Source: an uncultured virus (IMG/VR IMGVR_UViG_2061766007_004328) (Duplodnaviria > Heunggongvirae > Uroviricota > Caudoviricetes). From it: a DNA stretch of 64,000 nt. Shown here in pieces: positions 9,571-18,936 of this stretch (positions are counted from its first letter, which is position 1; each line of letters starts with the position of its first letter). The stretch lies in the IMG/VR virus record IMGVR_UViG_2061766007_004328. One strand, given 5' to 3'. A program made the translations under genes and the position numbers. Below the pieces are notes generated by a model that had not been told where the DNA came from, made no database searches, and was given only the letters and a program-made list of their open reading frames with translations.

Positions 9571-9963
9571 ATGGAAAACCGCATAACGAAAGAAGTCGAG
9601 CAGGAGCTGGAGGAGATCCAGAAGTTCCTGGAGGACGACCACTCCGAAGAGCCGGAGTATCTCGTCGAGAGGCTTTCGATACTCAACTCGCTGATGGCGC
9701 GTACCGGCTTCCTGCTGGCCGTAGCCGAGGCGGATCGCGACAGGGCGGTTCGCGAGGTGTTCGAAGAATACCAGAGCGACATCCTGGCGATGCCGGCCAG
9801 TCTCGCCCAGAAGTTCATCTCGGCCAAGTGCGAACGCGAGAACTACTTCGCCAAGTGGCTTGACCGGCTGAACCGGGATTGCGTCCATCACAGCGACAAC
9901 ATCCGAACGCAGGTGTCGTTCGCAAAGCAGAACCTGATGCTTTCCGGGCGTAGCTACAATTAG
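9571..9963 (+). CDS. Hypothetical protein
   Basis: Operonic ORF. Confidence 0.65.
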   Translation: MENRITKEVEQELEEIQKFLEDDHSEEPEYLVERLSILNSLMARTGFLLAVAEADRDRAVREVFEEYQSDILAMPASLAQKFISAKCERENYFAKWLDRLNRDCVHHSDNIRTQVSFAKQNLMLSGRSYN

Positions 9964-10053
9964 GAAAAATAATTGCAAATTAATCGCGTAACGTTTTGAC
10001 ATTCACGCAATTATGACTATATTTACATACCAAAACTAAAGTAAGTAAGTTCT

Positions 10054-10416
10054 ATGAGACATCTTTGCAATGACAATCCGAACCCGGAGAGTTCGCAGAC
10101 GCAGAACGACCGGATTCGAAAGTATCTCGAGGAAGGCCGGACGGTGACGGCCCTCGAGTCCCTGTACCTGTTCGAGTGTTTGAATCTCAAGGGAAGAATG
10201 AATGATCTCAAGAAGGCGGACGTCCCGTGGGACGGCGTGTTCATCAAGGTCGGCAAGTGGAAGAAGTACGTCAAGGCGTACTACATCCCGGAGGCTTTCG
10301 CCAAGCGGCACGGCCTGGAGAACGACAAGGATCTGCCGGACAAGGTGGCGACCATCGCCATCGCCGCCGCCAAGAAGACGCTCAGAAGATTCGCGAGAAG
10401 ACTCGGGAGGATTTAG
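10054..10416 (+). CDS. HTH domain protein
   Basis: QNDRIRKYLEEGRTVTALE; start motif present. Confidence 0.6.
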   Translation: MRHLCNDNPNPESSQTQNDRIRKYLEEGRTVTALESLYLFECLNLKGRMNDLKKADVPWDGVFIKVGKWKKYVKAYYIPEAFAKRHGLENDKDLPDKVATIAIAAAKKTLRRFARRLGRI

Positions 10417-10419
10417 CCG

Positions 10420-11376
10420 ATGGCCGAAAGACGGGGAAAAGTCGGTCTGTCCTATTGGCCGTGCGACTGCACGTTCTTCGAGGACATCCGTATCAAGAAG
10501 CTGGTCAAGTATCAGGGTGGCAAGGCGCCGCTTGTTTACATCCGCCTGCTTTGTAGTATTTATGAGAGATATGGGTACTACGCCGAGTGGGATGACGAGT
10601 TGCCTTTCGCTGTCTCGTACGAATTGGGTGCGGGCTACGAAGAGGGTTACGTGTTGGAGGTAATCAAGACCTGTGTTCAGATTGGCCTGTTCGATGCGGG
10701 AATGTTTGAGAAGGGAGCGTTGACGTCGTTAGCGATTCAGCAACGGTATGTGGACATATGCCAGGGCCTCCGTCGCAAGTGTGTCATCGACAAGTTCAAC
10801 CTGATCTCGCCGGAACTGCCGCTACCGGAACCCGAGCCAGTCGTTCCGCAGCCCTTAAATGCTACAATTAACGAACAAAATGCAACAATTAAGGGCTTAA
10901 ATGCAGAGGATAAGCAAGGAATGAAAGGAAATGAAATTAATATCCCCCCTATCTCTGAAGAGATTGTCCCCCCTTACGACAATGATGGGGAGCCGGAAGA
11001 CATTCCGCCGGACGAAGATCCGCAGCCGGAGGTCAAGCCGGAAGCTCATCCGAAGAAAAAGTCGCTGGAGGTTCGGAGGGCCGAGTTCCTGGAGTCGCTT
11101 GTTCCCTATCGCACGAAGTACGGAAATGATATGGTGGACGCGTTCGCGGCGTACTGGTCTGAGAGTAACGACGGCGGGCTGAAGATGAAGTGGGAGATAA
11201 CGCGTGACCGCGGCGGGACGTTCAGTCTTTCCGGCCGGCTGGCCACGTGGAAGAAGAATGAGGAGAAGTTCGGCCCGAAGTATGGCCCGAAACGAGGGAT
11301 GACGATCGTGGAGGCGGTTCGCTCCGCATCCGTAGCCCCGCAAGTGGATTTAACGAAACTATTGGACAATGGATAA
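10420..11376 (+). CDS. Replication initiator (DUF4373-like N-terminus)
   Basis: YWPCDCTFFEDIRIKKL..GLFD..LTSLAIQQRY; internal AT-rich repeats. Confidence 0.75.
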   Translation: MAERRGKVGLSYWPCDCTFFEDIRIKKLVKYQGGKAPLVYIRLLCSIYERYGYYAEWDDELPFAVSYELGAGYEEGYVLEVIKTCVQIGLFDAGMFEKGALTSLAIQQRYVDICQGLRRKCVIDKFNLISPELPLPEPEPVVPQPLNATINEQNATIKGLNAEDKQGMKGNEINIPPISEEIVPPYDNDGEPEDIPPDEDPQPEVKPEAHPKKKSLEVRRAEFLESLVPYRTKYGNDMVDAFAAYWSESNDGGLKMKWEITRDRGGTFSLSGRLATWKKNEEKFGPKYGPKRGMTIVEAVRSASVAPQVDLTKLLDNG

Positions 11377-12067
11377 GAAGTTTATCAAGGCGCTTTTGGA
11401 AGCCGGGAAGAAGGTATCGGAGATGCCGCAGGATGAAGCCGTGGCTATGCTCAATAACGAGATAATGCGCGTCTATATCCTGAACGGCCTGCACCGGAAT
11501 ATGGGTTCGGAAGCGTTTCAGCAGGAGGTCGCAGCCTGTGCCGTGAATATGTACAACGACTTCGTTTCGGACTCGAAGTATGTCGGAATCCGGGACAAGG
11601 AGGTGCCGTACATCTTCTCGAACGGAATGAAGGGTCGGCTCGGGACGGACAAGGACATCGTGCTGACCTACAAGAGCCTGATCCGATGGGTGGAGGGCTA
11701 CGTGACACACAGGGAGCGCCAGGCCGCCGTCACGGACTTCATCAACGAGACGTTCGTGGAGCCGGCCCGTCAGATCCCGAGACACATCGTGACGGAGGAG
11801 GACACGCGGAACAATATCCGGCAGGCCCTGCAGGACTACATCGAGTACAAAAACGTCAAGCCGAAGCTGGGCCGCGGCGGAGAGCCGAGGAGGATGTTCG
11901 ACACGGCGGTGCCGTATCTCATCAAGGACTTGAGCGGTGCGTACATAGAGTATATGCGGAAGCACGGCTACGCCAGGGACGGAGAGACGTTCATCGACGT
12001 TCTTGACCGGGCGGTGGCCAACGGCGGAAAGTATGTGAAACTCGATAACCAACAAGTAAGTTTATGA
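11369..12067 (+). CDS. Hypothetical protein
   Basis: Overlap-coupled ORF. Confidence 0.65.
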   Translation: MDKKFIKALLEAGKKVSEMPQDEAVAMLNNEIMRVYILNGLHRNMGSEAFQQEVAACAVNMYNDFVSDSKYVGIRDKEVPYIFSNGMKGRLGTDKDIVLTYKSLIRWVEGYVTHRERQAAVTDFINETFVEPARQIPRHIVTEEDTRNNIRQALQDYIEYKNVKPKLGRGGEPRRMFDTAVPYLIKDLSGAYIEYMRKHGYARDGETFIDVLDRAVANGGKYVKLDNQQVSL

Positions 12068-12420
12068 AGGCAATAAATGCGATTATTACCCGCGCCGACA
12101 TCAAGCTCGACGGTGTTTTTCTGACGATGGGAATGACGCTCGATCTTGAAAATGGTGGTGCGGTCGGATTCGGTGGCTCGAGGCTTCTGTTTAACAAGGC
12201 AGAACAGTTCTCGCGTACCGGGAATAACTGTGCGGGATTTTTCATTACGAGGGTTATGACGATAGCCCGTGCTGAAAGATTCTCTGAGTTGAAGGGGAAA
12301 CCAATCCGCGCGATTTTCGAAAAGGACGCGAAAATAGGTGACAGGATCATCGGAATCCAGGACTTTCTCAATAACGAGAGGTTTATCCCGGAGGAAGTAT
12401 TTGATAATGAAGACAGATAA
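12064..12420 (+). CDS. Hypothetical protein
   Basis: Start motif, ATGA overlap. Confidence 0.65.
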   Translation: MKAINAIITRADIKLDGVFLTMGMTLDLENGGAVGFGGSRLLFNKAEQFSRTGNNCAGFFITRVMTIARAERFSELKGKPIRAIFEKDAKIGDRIIGIQDFLNNERFIPEEVFDNEDR

Positions 12421-12441
12421 CCATTCAAAAAGTAAGTAAGT

Positions 12442-12879
12442 ATGGAAAAGAACTTAGGACAAGACATCAAGGACGCTATCAGGAGGAAGCGGTTCCTTGA
12501 AGACAACGCGGACGAGGTGGTGAAGAAGACTTATATGAAGCCCTACACCGTCCCGGAGCTGCAAGGAAAGAAGGAAGATCTCGCCAGTATCGAGATCGAA
12601 ATATCGGAGACCGAGCAATATCGCTCCGAAGTACTGGCTGACATCAAGGGACGTCTCAAGCCCCTAAAGGAGCAGAAGTCCCGGCTGGTCGGCAATATAA
12701 AGGCGAAGGCCGAGCTGGTCACCGAGGACTGCTACCGCATCACCGACCGCGAGACCGGCGAGACCGGATTCTACAACGCAAACGGCGACCTGATCGAGAG
12801 CCGCCAGGCGACGGCGGACGAGCTGCAGGGAAANNNNNNNNNNNNNNNNNNNNNNNNNNNAAAAGACCGGCACGGATGA
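12442..12879 (+). CDS. Hypothetical protein (3' end crosses an N gap)
   Basis: Start motif; ORF. Confidence 0.6.
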   Translation: MEKNLGQDIKDAIRRKRFLEDNADEVVKKTYMKPYTVPELQGKKEDLASIEIEISETEQYRSEVLADIKGRLKPLKEQKSRLVGNIKAKAELVTEDCYRITDRETGETGFYNANGDLIESRQATADELQGXXXXXXXXXXKDRHG

Positions 12880-12928
12880 CGTGCAACCAGAATCAAGAGT
12901 GATTTAGTAAACCCCAAGTAAGTAAGTT

Positions 12929-13675
12929 ATGAATCAAGAAGAGAAAATCCAAATCAATCTCGCTCCCGGGCAGGAGCGGATGACGATCGTCAATCTGGAG
13001 GGCAAGGCGCCCGCGCAGCTTGACGAGAAAGCACCCATCAAGTGCGACATTAAGGGAACCATTTCGGCCGTCAGGAAATACCTCGAAAAGAGGGTCAGCG
13101 TCGGCCAGTTCCAGCAGAAGGATTGCCATATTCTCGTGAACCGGGAAGCTGGCACTATCCGTCTCGTGTTCAACGAATCCGACTATTACAACCGCGGAGA
13201 GGTTTCCGGCGCGCTGATCATCAACCCGAAAATTGCCGAGTTCGGTATCAACGACCCGACAAATGTGTGGAAGCCGGCGGAGCTCGGCATCTTCTTCAAG
13301 ATGAACCGCACGTACTTCACCGACCGCGACGAGAATATGAAGCTGGTGTCGGATCTGATGAATTTCACGGCCAACGTAAACAGCACGATCAACCGTTCGG
13401 TTAACCAGAACGGCAGCAGCGCGGACGAGTTCAGCCAGGCCGTCAACTCGAATCTGCCGGAAGTGTTCAAGGTCAAGATGCCGATCCTGAAAGGCGGTGA
13501 TCCGTGGGAGTTCGATGTCGAAACCTTCGCGAAAATCTCCGGCAAGGAGGTCGCGCTGGTTCTCATCTCGCCGGATGCTGCGGCTCTGATCGAGGATGCT
13601 AAGTCACAGACGATAGAAAAGGAATTGACGGCGATTGCCGAGATTGCCCCGGACATCGCGGTTATCGACGAATAG
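12929..13675 (+). CDS. Hypothetical phage protein
   Basis: Start motif; 248 aa ORF. Confidence 0.7.
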   Translation: MNQEEKIQINLAPGQERMTIVNLEGKAPAQLDEKAPIKCDIKGTISAVRKYLEKRVSVGQFQQKDCHILVNREAGTIRLVFNESDYYNRGEVSGALIINPKIAEFGINDPTNVWKPAELGIFFKMNRTYFTDRDENMKLVSDLMNFTANVNSTINRSVNQNGSSADEFSQAVNSNLPEVFKVKMPILKGGDPWEFDVETFAKISGKEVALVLISPDAAALIEDAKSQTIEKELTAIAEIAPDIAVIDE

Positions 13676-13726
13676 TTGAACGACGGGGGCCGGGCCGGTC
13701 TCGGCTCCCTGTTATTGACAAGCCGT

Positions 13727-14236
13727 ATGAAAAGAATCGTTTTCCCAATTCTTTTATTGCTGCTGACGCTGGTGGTTCCGACCATCTGCCTCGTAAAGTC
13801 TATACAGTTCAAGCAGCAGTGCTCCGGGTATCTAAAGCAGGCGGCGGACGCTAATACCGCAGAACTTGCGCTTGTCCGCCTCGACAACGCTCTTGTCTAT
13901 ATCGAGAGCCACAATCTCACGGATGGATATACTTCCGTCCTGTGGAAAACCGAGGATGAGAATATCGGTTTCTGGTATCAGAACATCAAGGCGTGCCAAG
14001 ACGAACTGCGCGATTGCCTTGACGGGACGCAGCTCGAAAAATCAAATGTGCTGATGAAAGTCCGCGAATCGCTCACGGACGAAGGAGAGAACGGAACCGT
14101 CCTTACGATACCGGCCGGAATATCCAGGTATCCGTACAACGCCCTGTGGGGCGCCCTTCGACTGATAGGCTATATTCTTATGGCCGTGTCGTTCGTATGG
14201 TTTTTCGCCATCCTCTATGACGAGGGTGTTATGTAA
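13727..14236 (+). CDS. Membrane protein
   Basis: Hydrophobic N- and C-terminal segments. Confidence 0.6.
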   Translation: MKRIVFPILLLLLTLVVPTICLVKSIQFKQQCSGYLKQAADANTAELALVRLDNALVYIESHNLTDGYTSVLWKTEDENIGFWYQNIKACQDELRDCLDGTQLEKSNVLMKVRESLTDEGENGTVLTIPAGISRYPYNALWGALRLIGYILMAVSFVWFFAILYDEGVM

Positions 14237-14249
14237 TACGTGACAAGAT

Positions 14250-14681
14250 ATGATAGTAAGATTCAAGAAATTGCACCCGGAGGCCGTCGTACCAACGAAG
14301 GCCCACCCGCAGGACGCCGGGTTTGACCTGACCTGCACAACCGTCGAGAACGACGACAACTGCATATCGTATGGAACCGGCATCGCCGTGGAAATCCCGG
14401 ACGGATATGTCGGACTGGTATTTCCGCGCAGCTCCGTCTATCGGAAGGATCTGATTCTGTCCAACAGCGTGGGCGTGATCGATTCCAACTACCGTGGAGA
14501 GATCAGTATGAAGTTCAAGACGGACGGAATCCCCGGTGGGTTCTCCGTCGCTGCATACGAGGTCGGCGACCGCATCGGCCAGTTGTTGATCATCCCGTAC
14601 CCGGAAATCGAGTTCGAGGAGGCCGATGAGCTGTCAGAGTCCGACCGGGGCGAAGGTGGCTACGGCAGCACTGGCGCATAG
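14250..14681 (+). CDS. dut: dUTP diphosphatase
   Basis: AGFDL, PRSS, GVIDSNYRGEI, RIGQL, RGEGGYGSTG motifs. Confidence 0.95.
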   Translation: MIVRFKKLHPEAVVPTKAHPQDAGFDLTCTTVENDDNCISYGTGIAVEIPDGYVGLVFPRSSVYRKDLILSNSVGVIDSNYRGEISMKFKTDGIPGGFSVAAYEVGDRIGQLLIIPYPEIEFEEADELSESDRGEGGYGSTGA

Positions 14682-14829
14682 ACAAAGCGNNNNNNNNNNN
14701 NNNNNNNNNNNNNNNNNNNNNNNNNNNNNNNNNNAGTTCGAAGTTTCACTCTGATCGATATAGTAAATAGTTGACATAGGCGGCGTTTCTCCCCCGCCGC
14801 TGATTGTCAGCAAAGAGGGTAAGTAAGTT

Positions 14830-15228
14830 ATGAATAACGTCTGTCTGAGGATATGCACGATGAAAAGCCGTCTCGGAATCGGGAAATACCCGGACACCGA
14901 GGTCAGCCGGTTGCTCAAGGTGGAGCCGAATGCCATCCGATTCGCGTACTACCACTTCGAGACAATCGACTTCGTGGATGAGGTGAAGGAAGCCGCCGGC
15001 ATCAAGATTATGATCGAGAAGCCCGGCGTCGATCACGAAAAGTATATCGAGAACTCCAGGATGCTCGTTTCGGAGATGCCGGATATGGAGCGCCTGAAAT
15101 ACATATCAAGTGTCACAAGAAGACGGAAGATAGAGCGCAGCAATCGTAACGCATCCGAGGGTGTCGGGACGCATATGAGCAAGCGCTACCTTCAGGCTGT
15201 CAATCACGGAAAAGCAAGTTACAAATGA
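14830..15228 (+). CDS. Hypothetical protein
   Basis: Start motif; ORF. Confidence 0.6.
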   Translation: MNNVCLRICTMKSRLGIGKYPDTEVSRLLKVEPNAIRFAYYHFETIDFVDEVKEAAGIKIMIEKPGVDHEKYIENSRMLVSEMPDMERLKYISSVTRRRKIERSNRNASEGVGTHMSKRYLQAVNHGKASYK

Positions 15229-15423
15229 AAATCGGTTCGATTCTCCGGGAAATGCTCCCGCTTCTGATAGTGATAGTCGTCATCCTGCTACTTACGGGCT
15301 GGGTGCTGGCCATCCGCTGGTGCTTCAATACCCACGGCGTCGTGGCAGGCGCCCTGGCGNNNNNNNNNNNNNTGGACGGTCGCTATAATCTGGCTCTGGT
15401 GCAAGAGATAAAAAGTTGAAGAT

Positions 15424-16230
15424 ATGGGAAATGCTATTTACAAGCCGAAAGGAAAAGCCGGCGAATATGCGGAGTGGGCCTGCAACATGTATGTCGGTTG
15501 CAGCAACGACTGCTCCTACTGCTACTGCAAGCGCGGCGTGCTGGCCCACGCTATGGGCGGCAAGACCGCGACATTGAAGAAGTGCTTCCGCGACGAGGTG
15601 GATGCGCTGAAAAAGTTTACCGCCGAACTGGAGAGGAACATCGACGAGCTTCGCAGGTCGAGCCTGTTCTTCACGTTCACGAGCGACCCGATGATTCCCG
15701 AGACGCGGCAGCTGACGATGGACTGCATCGCCGTTGCCCTGGATCGGGGCGTCAAGGTGCAGGTGCTGACAAAGAACGCCGATTTCGTGAACGACAGGAA
15801 GGCGATGTCAAAGCTGACGGGGTGGCCGGATGGTGTCCGTGACAAGATTGCTTGGGGATTCACGCTGACGGGTCGCGACGACCTGGAGCCGGGTGCTTCG
15901 CTGAATACCGAGCGGATAAGGACGATGCGGTATCTCCACGATGCCGGATTCCTAACGTTCGCTTCGCTGGAGCCTGTCATCGACCCGGTTTCGACGCTCG
16001 CCGTGTTCAACGAGTCAATGGACTGCTGTGATCTGTTCAAGGTTGGACTCCAGAGCGGCAGAAGCGGAGGATATGACCGGGGCGAGGTCATCAGGATGGT
16101 TCACGCGATGGAGGTGACCGATAAGATGCTGTACCTGAAGAAGAGTGTTACCGACTATCTCGAGGTGGAACCGCACAATCCGGTGGACGTGTTCCGCCTC
16201 GATCACTATTGGGACGGCGGGGCTGAATGA
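15424..16230 (+). CDS. Radical SAM protein
   Basis: CxxxCxxC motif (GCSNDCSYCYC). Confidence 0.8.
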   Translation: MGNAIYKPKGKAGEYAEWACNMYVGCSNDCSYCYCKRGVLAHAMGGKTATLKKCFRDEVDALKKFTAELERNIDELRRSSLFFTFTSDPMIPETRQLTMDCIAVALDRGVKVQVLTKNADFVNDRKAMSKLTGWPDGVRDKIAWGFTLTGRDDLEPGASLNTERIRTMRYLHDAGFLTFASLEPVIDPVSTLAVFNESMDCCDLFKVGLQSGRSGGYDRGEVIRMVHAMEVTDKMLYLKKSVTDYLEVEPHNPVDVFRLDHYWDGGAE

Positions 16231-16418
16231 GTGAAGAGGCTACAATCCGGGAGTTCCAGAACCTGAGAGACCAGCTGGAGGAAAAGATCTTCGAGGCCGT
16301 CATAGGATTCGAGGATCTTACCGGCGTTCAGGTGGACGGAATCAAGATAAGCCGTGAGCGGAAGATTGGCTTCGGCTCCGTCGATACGATGACGATAGAA
16401 GTTATTACGAACATATAA
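16227..16418 (+). CDS. Hypothetical protein
   Basis: ATGA-coupled small ORF. Confidence 0.55.
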   Translation: MSEEATIREFQNLRDQLEEKIFEAVIGFEDLTGVQVDGIKISRERKIGFGSVDTMTIEVITNI

Positions 16419-16430
16419 AAGACAAATGCT

Positions 16431-16703
16431 ATGAAACTTGGAAGAATCACAGTGCGACTTGCCGACAAGAACGACTACTCCGGCAAGCCGAAAGAAGAAG
16501 TCGAGGCCGCAATCGTTGATATGAAGAAGGGGTGCATCAATCAGATCGTCCGGGGAATCATCGAGCGCAATCTGCTGAAGTTCAGGCTGACGACCACCGA
16601 GAACGGCGGTTTCGAGGCCGTGGCCGTGATCGGCGTGTACAACATTGACGAGGCTGACGGCGTGATGGAGCAGCCCGAAATGAAGAAGGAGATGCCAAAC
16701 TGA
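16431..16703 (+). CDS. Hypothetical protein
   Basis: Operonic ORF. Confidence 0.55.
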   Translation: MKLGRITVRLADKNDYSGKPKEEVEAAIVDMKKGCINQIVRGIIERNLLKFRLTTTENGGFEAVAVIGVYNIDEADGVMEQPEMKKEMPN

Positions 16704-16704
16704 T

Positions 16705-17085
16705 ATGTCGAAGGAGAAGGGCTGGAACAAGTACAACGCCAGGAAGGTGACCACCTTCGGCCACACCTTTGATTCGACGAGGGAGGCCGTCTGCTACCTT
16801 GAATTGCGGGAGAGGCTCAAGAAGGGCGAGATCAAGAACCTGCGGCTGCAGGTGCCGTTCGAGCTTCTCCCTGAAATCTGGGAGGAGAAGGTCGTACACC
16901 TGAAGACGAAGGACAAGATCGTCAAGCGGCTCGTCCAGGATGCCACGACATACATCGCGGATTTTGTGTACGAAGAGAATGGTGTCGAGATCGTGGTCGA
17001 CGCGAAGGGGTACAAGACCGAGGTGTACAAGCTCAAGAAGAAGATGATGCGGGCACTGCTGGGGATAGACATCAAGGAGGTTTGA
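16705..17085 (+). CDS. DUF1064-like endonuclease
   Basis: KYNARKV..FDSTREA..YIADFVY..VVDAKG..YKLKKK. Confidence 0.8.
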   Translation: MSKEKGWNKYNARKVTTFGHTFDSTREAVCYLELRERLKKGEIKNLRLQVPFELLPEIWEEKVVHLKTKDKIVKRLVQDATTYIADFVYEENGVEIVVDAKGYKTEVYKLKKKMMRALLGIDIKEV

Positions 17086-17194
17086 CCGGGCCGACATATC
17101 TCGCGCTACGTACAACCAACAACCACCCATACACACCCTTCGACCGCTATGCGATTCTCAGTTACTTACAATAGAAAATCAATGAAAAAATTTT

Positions 17195-17255
17195 CGTAAG
17201 TTACTGAAAATAAACGAGTTATATTTTGTTAATTCAAAAATTATCACTACCTTTA
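17195..17255 (+). promoter_or_regulatory. Class I repeated phage promoter
   Basis: CGTAAGTTACTGAAAATAA..TTTG..TACCTTTA. Confidence 0.7.
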
Positions 17256-17296
17256 TTATGTCAAAATAATACACCAACCTAAAAGAAGTAAGTAAG

Positions 17297-17596
17297 ATGA
17301 ACGTGTCTGTAATCCCCATCGAAAGCCTTTCCGACATACTTGGGTCGGAGGAGTTCGGAAAGAGATTTACCACCTCCGGAGGCTTCGAGGTCATCCTGGT
17401 CTCGCCGGAGGAATGGAAGAAGCTGAAGCCCGAATTTGAGAAACGCGTCAACTGGATGCCGTACGACAGCAACCTGATCGAGATGCACATCGCCAACTGT
17501 GGCTATGGGGTCATCGACCCGGAATACCTGACGGCCATCGACAACGAGTTCAGTCTGGACGATGTTTATTCATCCATTAAAGCCGAAAGAAAATGA
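17297..17596 (+). CDS. Hypothetical protein
   Basis: First ORF after the promoter; start motif. Confidence 0.65.
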   Translation: MNVSVIPIESLSDILGSEEFGKRFTTSGGFEVILVSPEEWKKLKPEFEKRVNWMPYDSNLIEMHIANCGYGVIDPEYLTAIDNEFSLDDVYSSIKAERK

Positions 17597-17838
17597 GACA
17601 GCAGCAACTGAACCGCTACCGGGAGCTGTGCAGCACCATCTGCGAGGTGTTGACGGACACGTACGAAGACGACGGTCGCGAATCATACCCGTTCGCAGTG
17701 AACCCGGCCACCTTCGAAGTGGTGGCCGTAGGAAGCGAGGCTGCTACGCCCGACGGATGGATCTTCGAGAGCATCCCGAATCTTGAATGGACGAGCATCG
17801 AAGAGTGCGCCCAGCAGTATTTTGATTTCAGAAGATAG
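17593..17838 (+). CDS. Hypothetical acidic protein
   Basis: ATGA-coupled ORF. Confidence 0.6.
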   Translation: MRQQQLNRYRELCSTICEVLTDTYEDDGRESYPFAVNPATFEVVAVGSEAATPDGWIFESIPNLEWTSIEECAQQYFDFRR

Positions 17839-17850
17839 GAGGACAGGAAG

Positions 17851-18279
17851 ATGACGGCAGCTGAGACATACAAGAGATATGAAGAGATCAGAGACCGGCT
17901 GGATGCCGGCGGATTATCGATCGCGGAGCGTGACGAACTGAACAAGCAGTGGAACGAAGCGATTCGCGGTATCATCCCGGAAGTTGGCCGGGGATGCACG
18001 ATCTGTTACTACTCGGACAAGCGGGCGGCGACCATCACGGAAGTCGAATACACGAAGGACGGAAAGCCGAAGGCCGTGACGGTCACGCACAATAAGGTAA
18101 AGTGCCTCGATTACTACGCCGGCGACTACGAGGTTCTGCCAGAGCTGGAGGAGCGGCACAGAGACCGGTTCACGCTCCGAAAGAATGGCCGCTGGTATAT
18201 GGAGGGTCAAGAGACGTCACCGAACTCGGTCGTCCTGATGCTTCACTACCAAGAGCATTACATCGATCCAAGTTTTTGA
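17851..18279 (+). CDS. Hypothetical protein
   Basis: Operonic ORF. Confidence 0.6.
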   Translation: MTAAETYKRYEEIRDRLDAGGLSIAERDELNKQWNEAIRGIIPEVGRGCTICYYSDKRAATITEVEYTKDGKPKAVTVTHNKVKCLDYYAGDYEVLPELEERHRDRFTLRKNGRWYMEGQETSPNSVVLMLHYQEHYIDPSF

Positions 18280-18311
18280 AAAAACAAGTCAAACCAAAAT
18301 AAGTAAGTTTT

Positions 18312-18878
18312 ATGAAGAAAATCGAAATTGAAGAAGCGAAGCTCCGCAAAGCTTTCCAGGAAGGCGGCAGCGAGCTGAAAGAAGGTCTCGTCGAACTGTT
18401 TGGCGAGGAATTGTTCAAGAGCAAGGTCTTCGACCCGGAATCGGTCGAATGGGTGGATCTCGGATTGCCGTCCGGCCGTCTCTGGGCAAAGGAGAACGCG
18501 GAGGGCCTATACACCTATGATGAAGCCGTCGGGGCGTTCGGAAAGTATCTTCCGAAAGGCGCGGCGATGGCTGAGCTTATCGAAGAGTGCCAGGTCGAGT
18601 GGAACAGCAAGAAGAAGGGCCTCGATGTCACCGGCCCTAACGGAAACTCGATCTTCCTGCCGGCTGCTGGCTACCGTGACCTGGGCGGAAATCTGTGCAA
18701 CGTGGGTGAGGAAGGCGACTACTGGACGTCGATGCCTTACGCTCATTCCAAATCGTTTGCTCCGAACTCGCAGACCCACGCTCGCATCTTGAACTTCTAC
18801 AGCGGCTACGTCTGCCCGTTGTACGACAGCCGCCGGGCTTTCGGCTTCAGCGTGCGTCCCTCCCGAGAATTAAATTAA
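18312..18878 (+). CDS. Remote DGR target protein 2 (small CLec-like protein, no signal peptide)
   Basis: WVDLGLPSGRLWA and IFLPAAGYR motifs; 3' end matches TR. Confidence 0.9.
   Translation: MKKIEIEEAKLRKAFQEGGSELKEGLVELFGEELFKSKVFDPESVEWVDLGLPSGRLWAKENAEGLYTYDEAVGAFGKYLPKGAAMAELIEECQVEWNSKKKGLDVTGPNGNSIFLPAAGYRDLGGNLCNVGEEGDYWTSMPYAHSKSFAPNSQTHARILNFYSGYVCPLYDSRRAFGFSVRPSRELN
18753..18867 (+). repeat. DGR variable region VR2
   Basis: 115 bp aligns ungapped to TR 58814-58928 with 13 mismatches, all at TR adenines. Confidence 0.95.
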
Positions 18879-18917
18879 GATTTTTTACCGTCCGCGCCCT
18901 TTCTTTAGGCGCGGACA
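18868..18917 (+). promoter_or_regulatory. IMH-associated tail and hairpin of VR2
   Basis: 49/50 identical to 57889-57938; stem GTCCGCGCC/GGCGCGGAC at 18890-18916. Confidence 0.85.
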
Positions 18918-18936
18918 TAGATCAAGAAGTAAGTTT

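Noticed and set aside
14686..14760. Possible additional tRNA (GTTCGAA after the gap)
   Set aside because: Mostly hidden by 45 Ns; no cloverleaf can be verified
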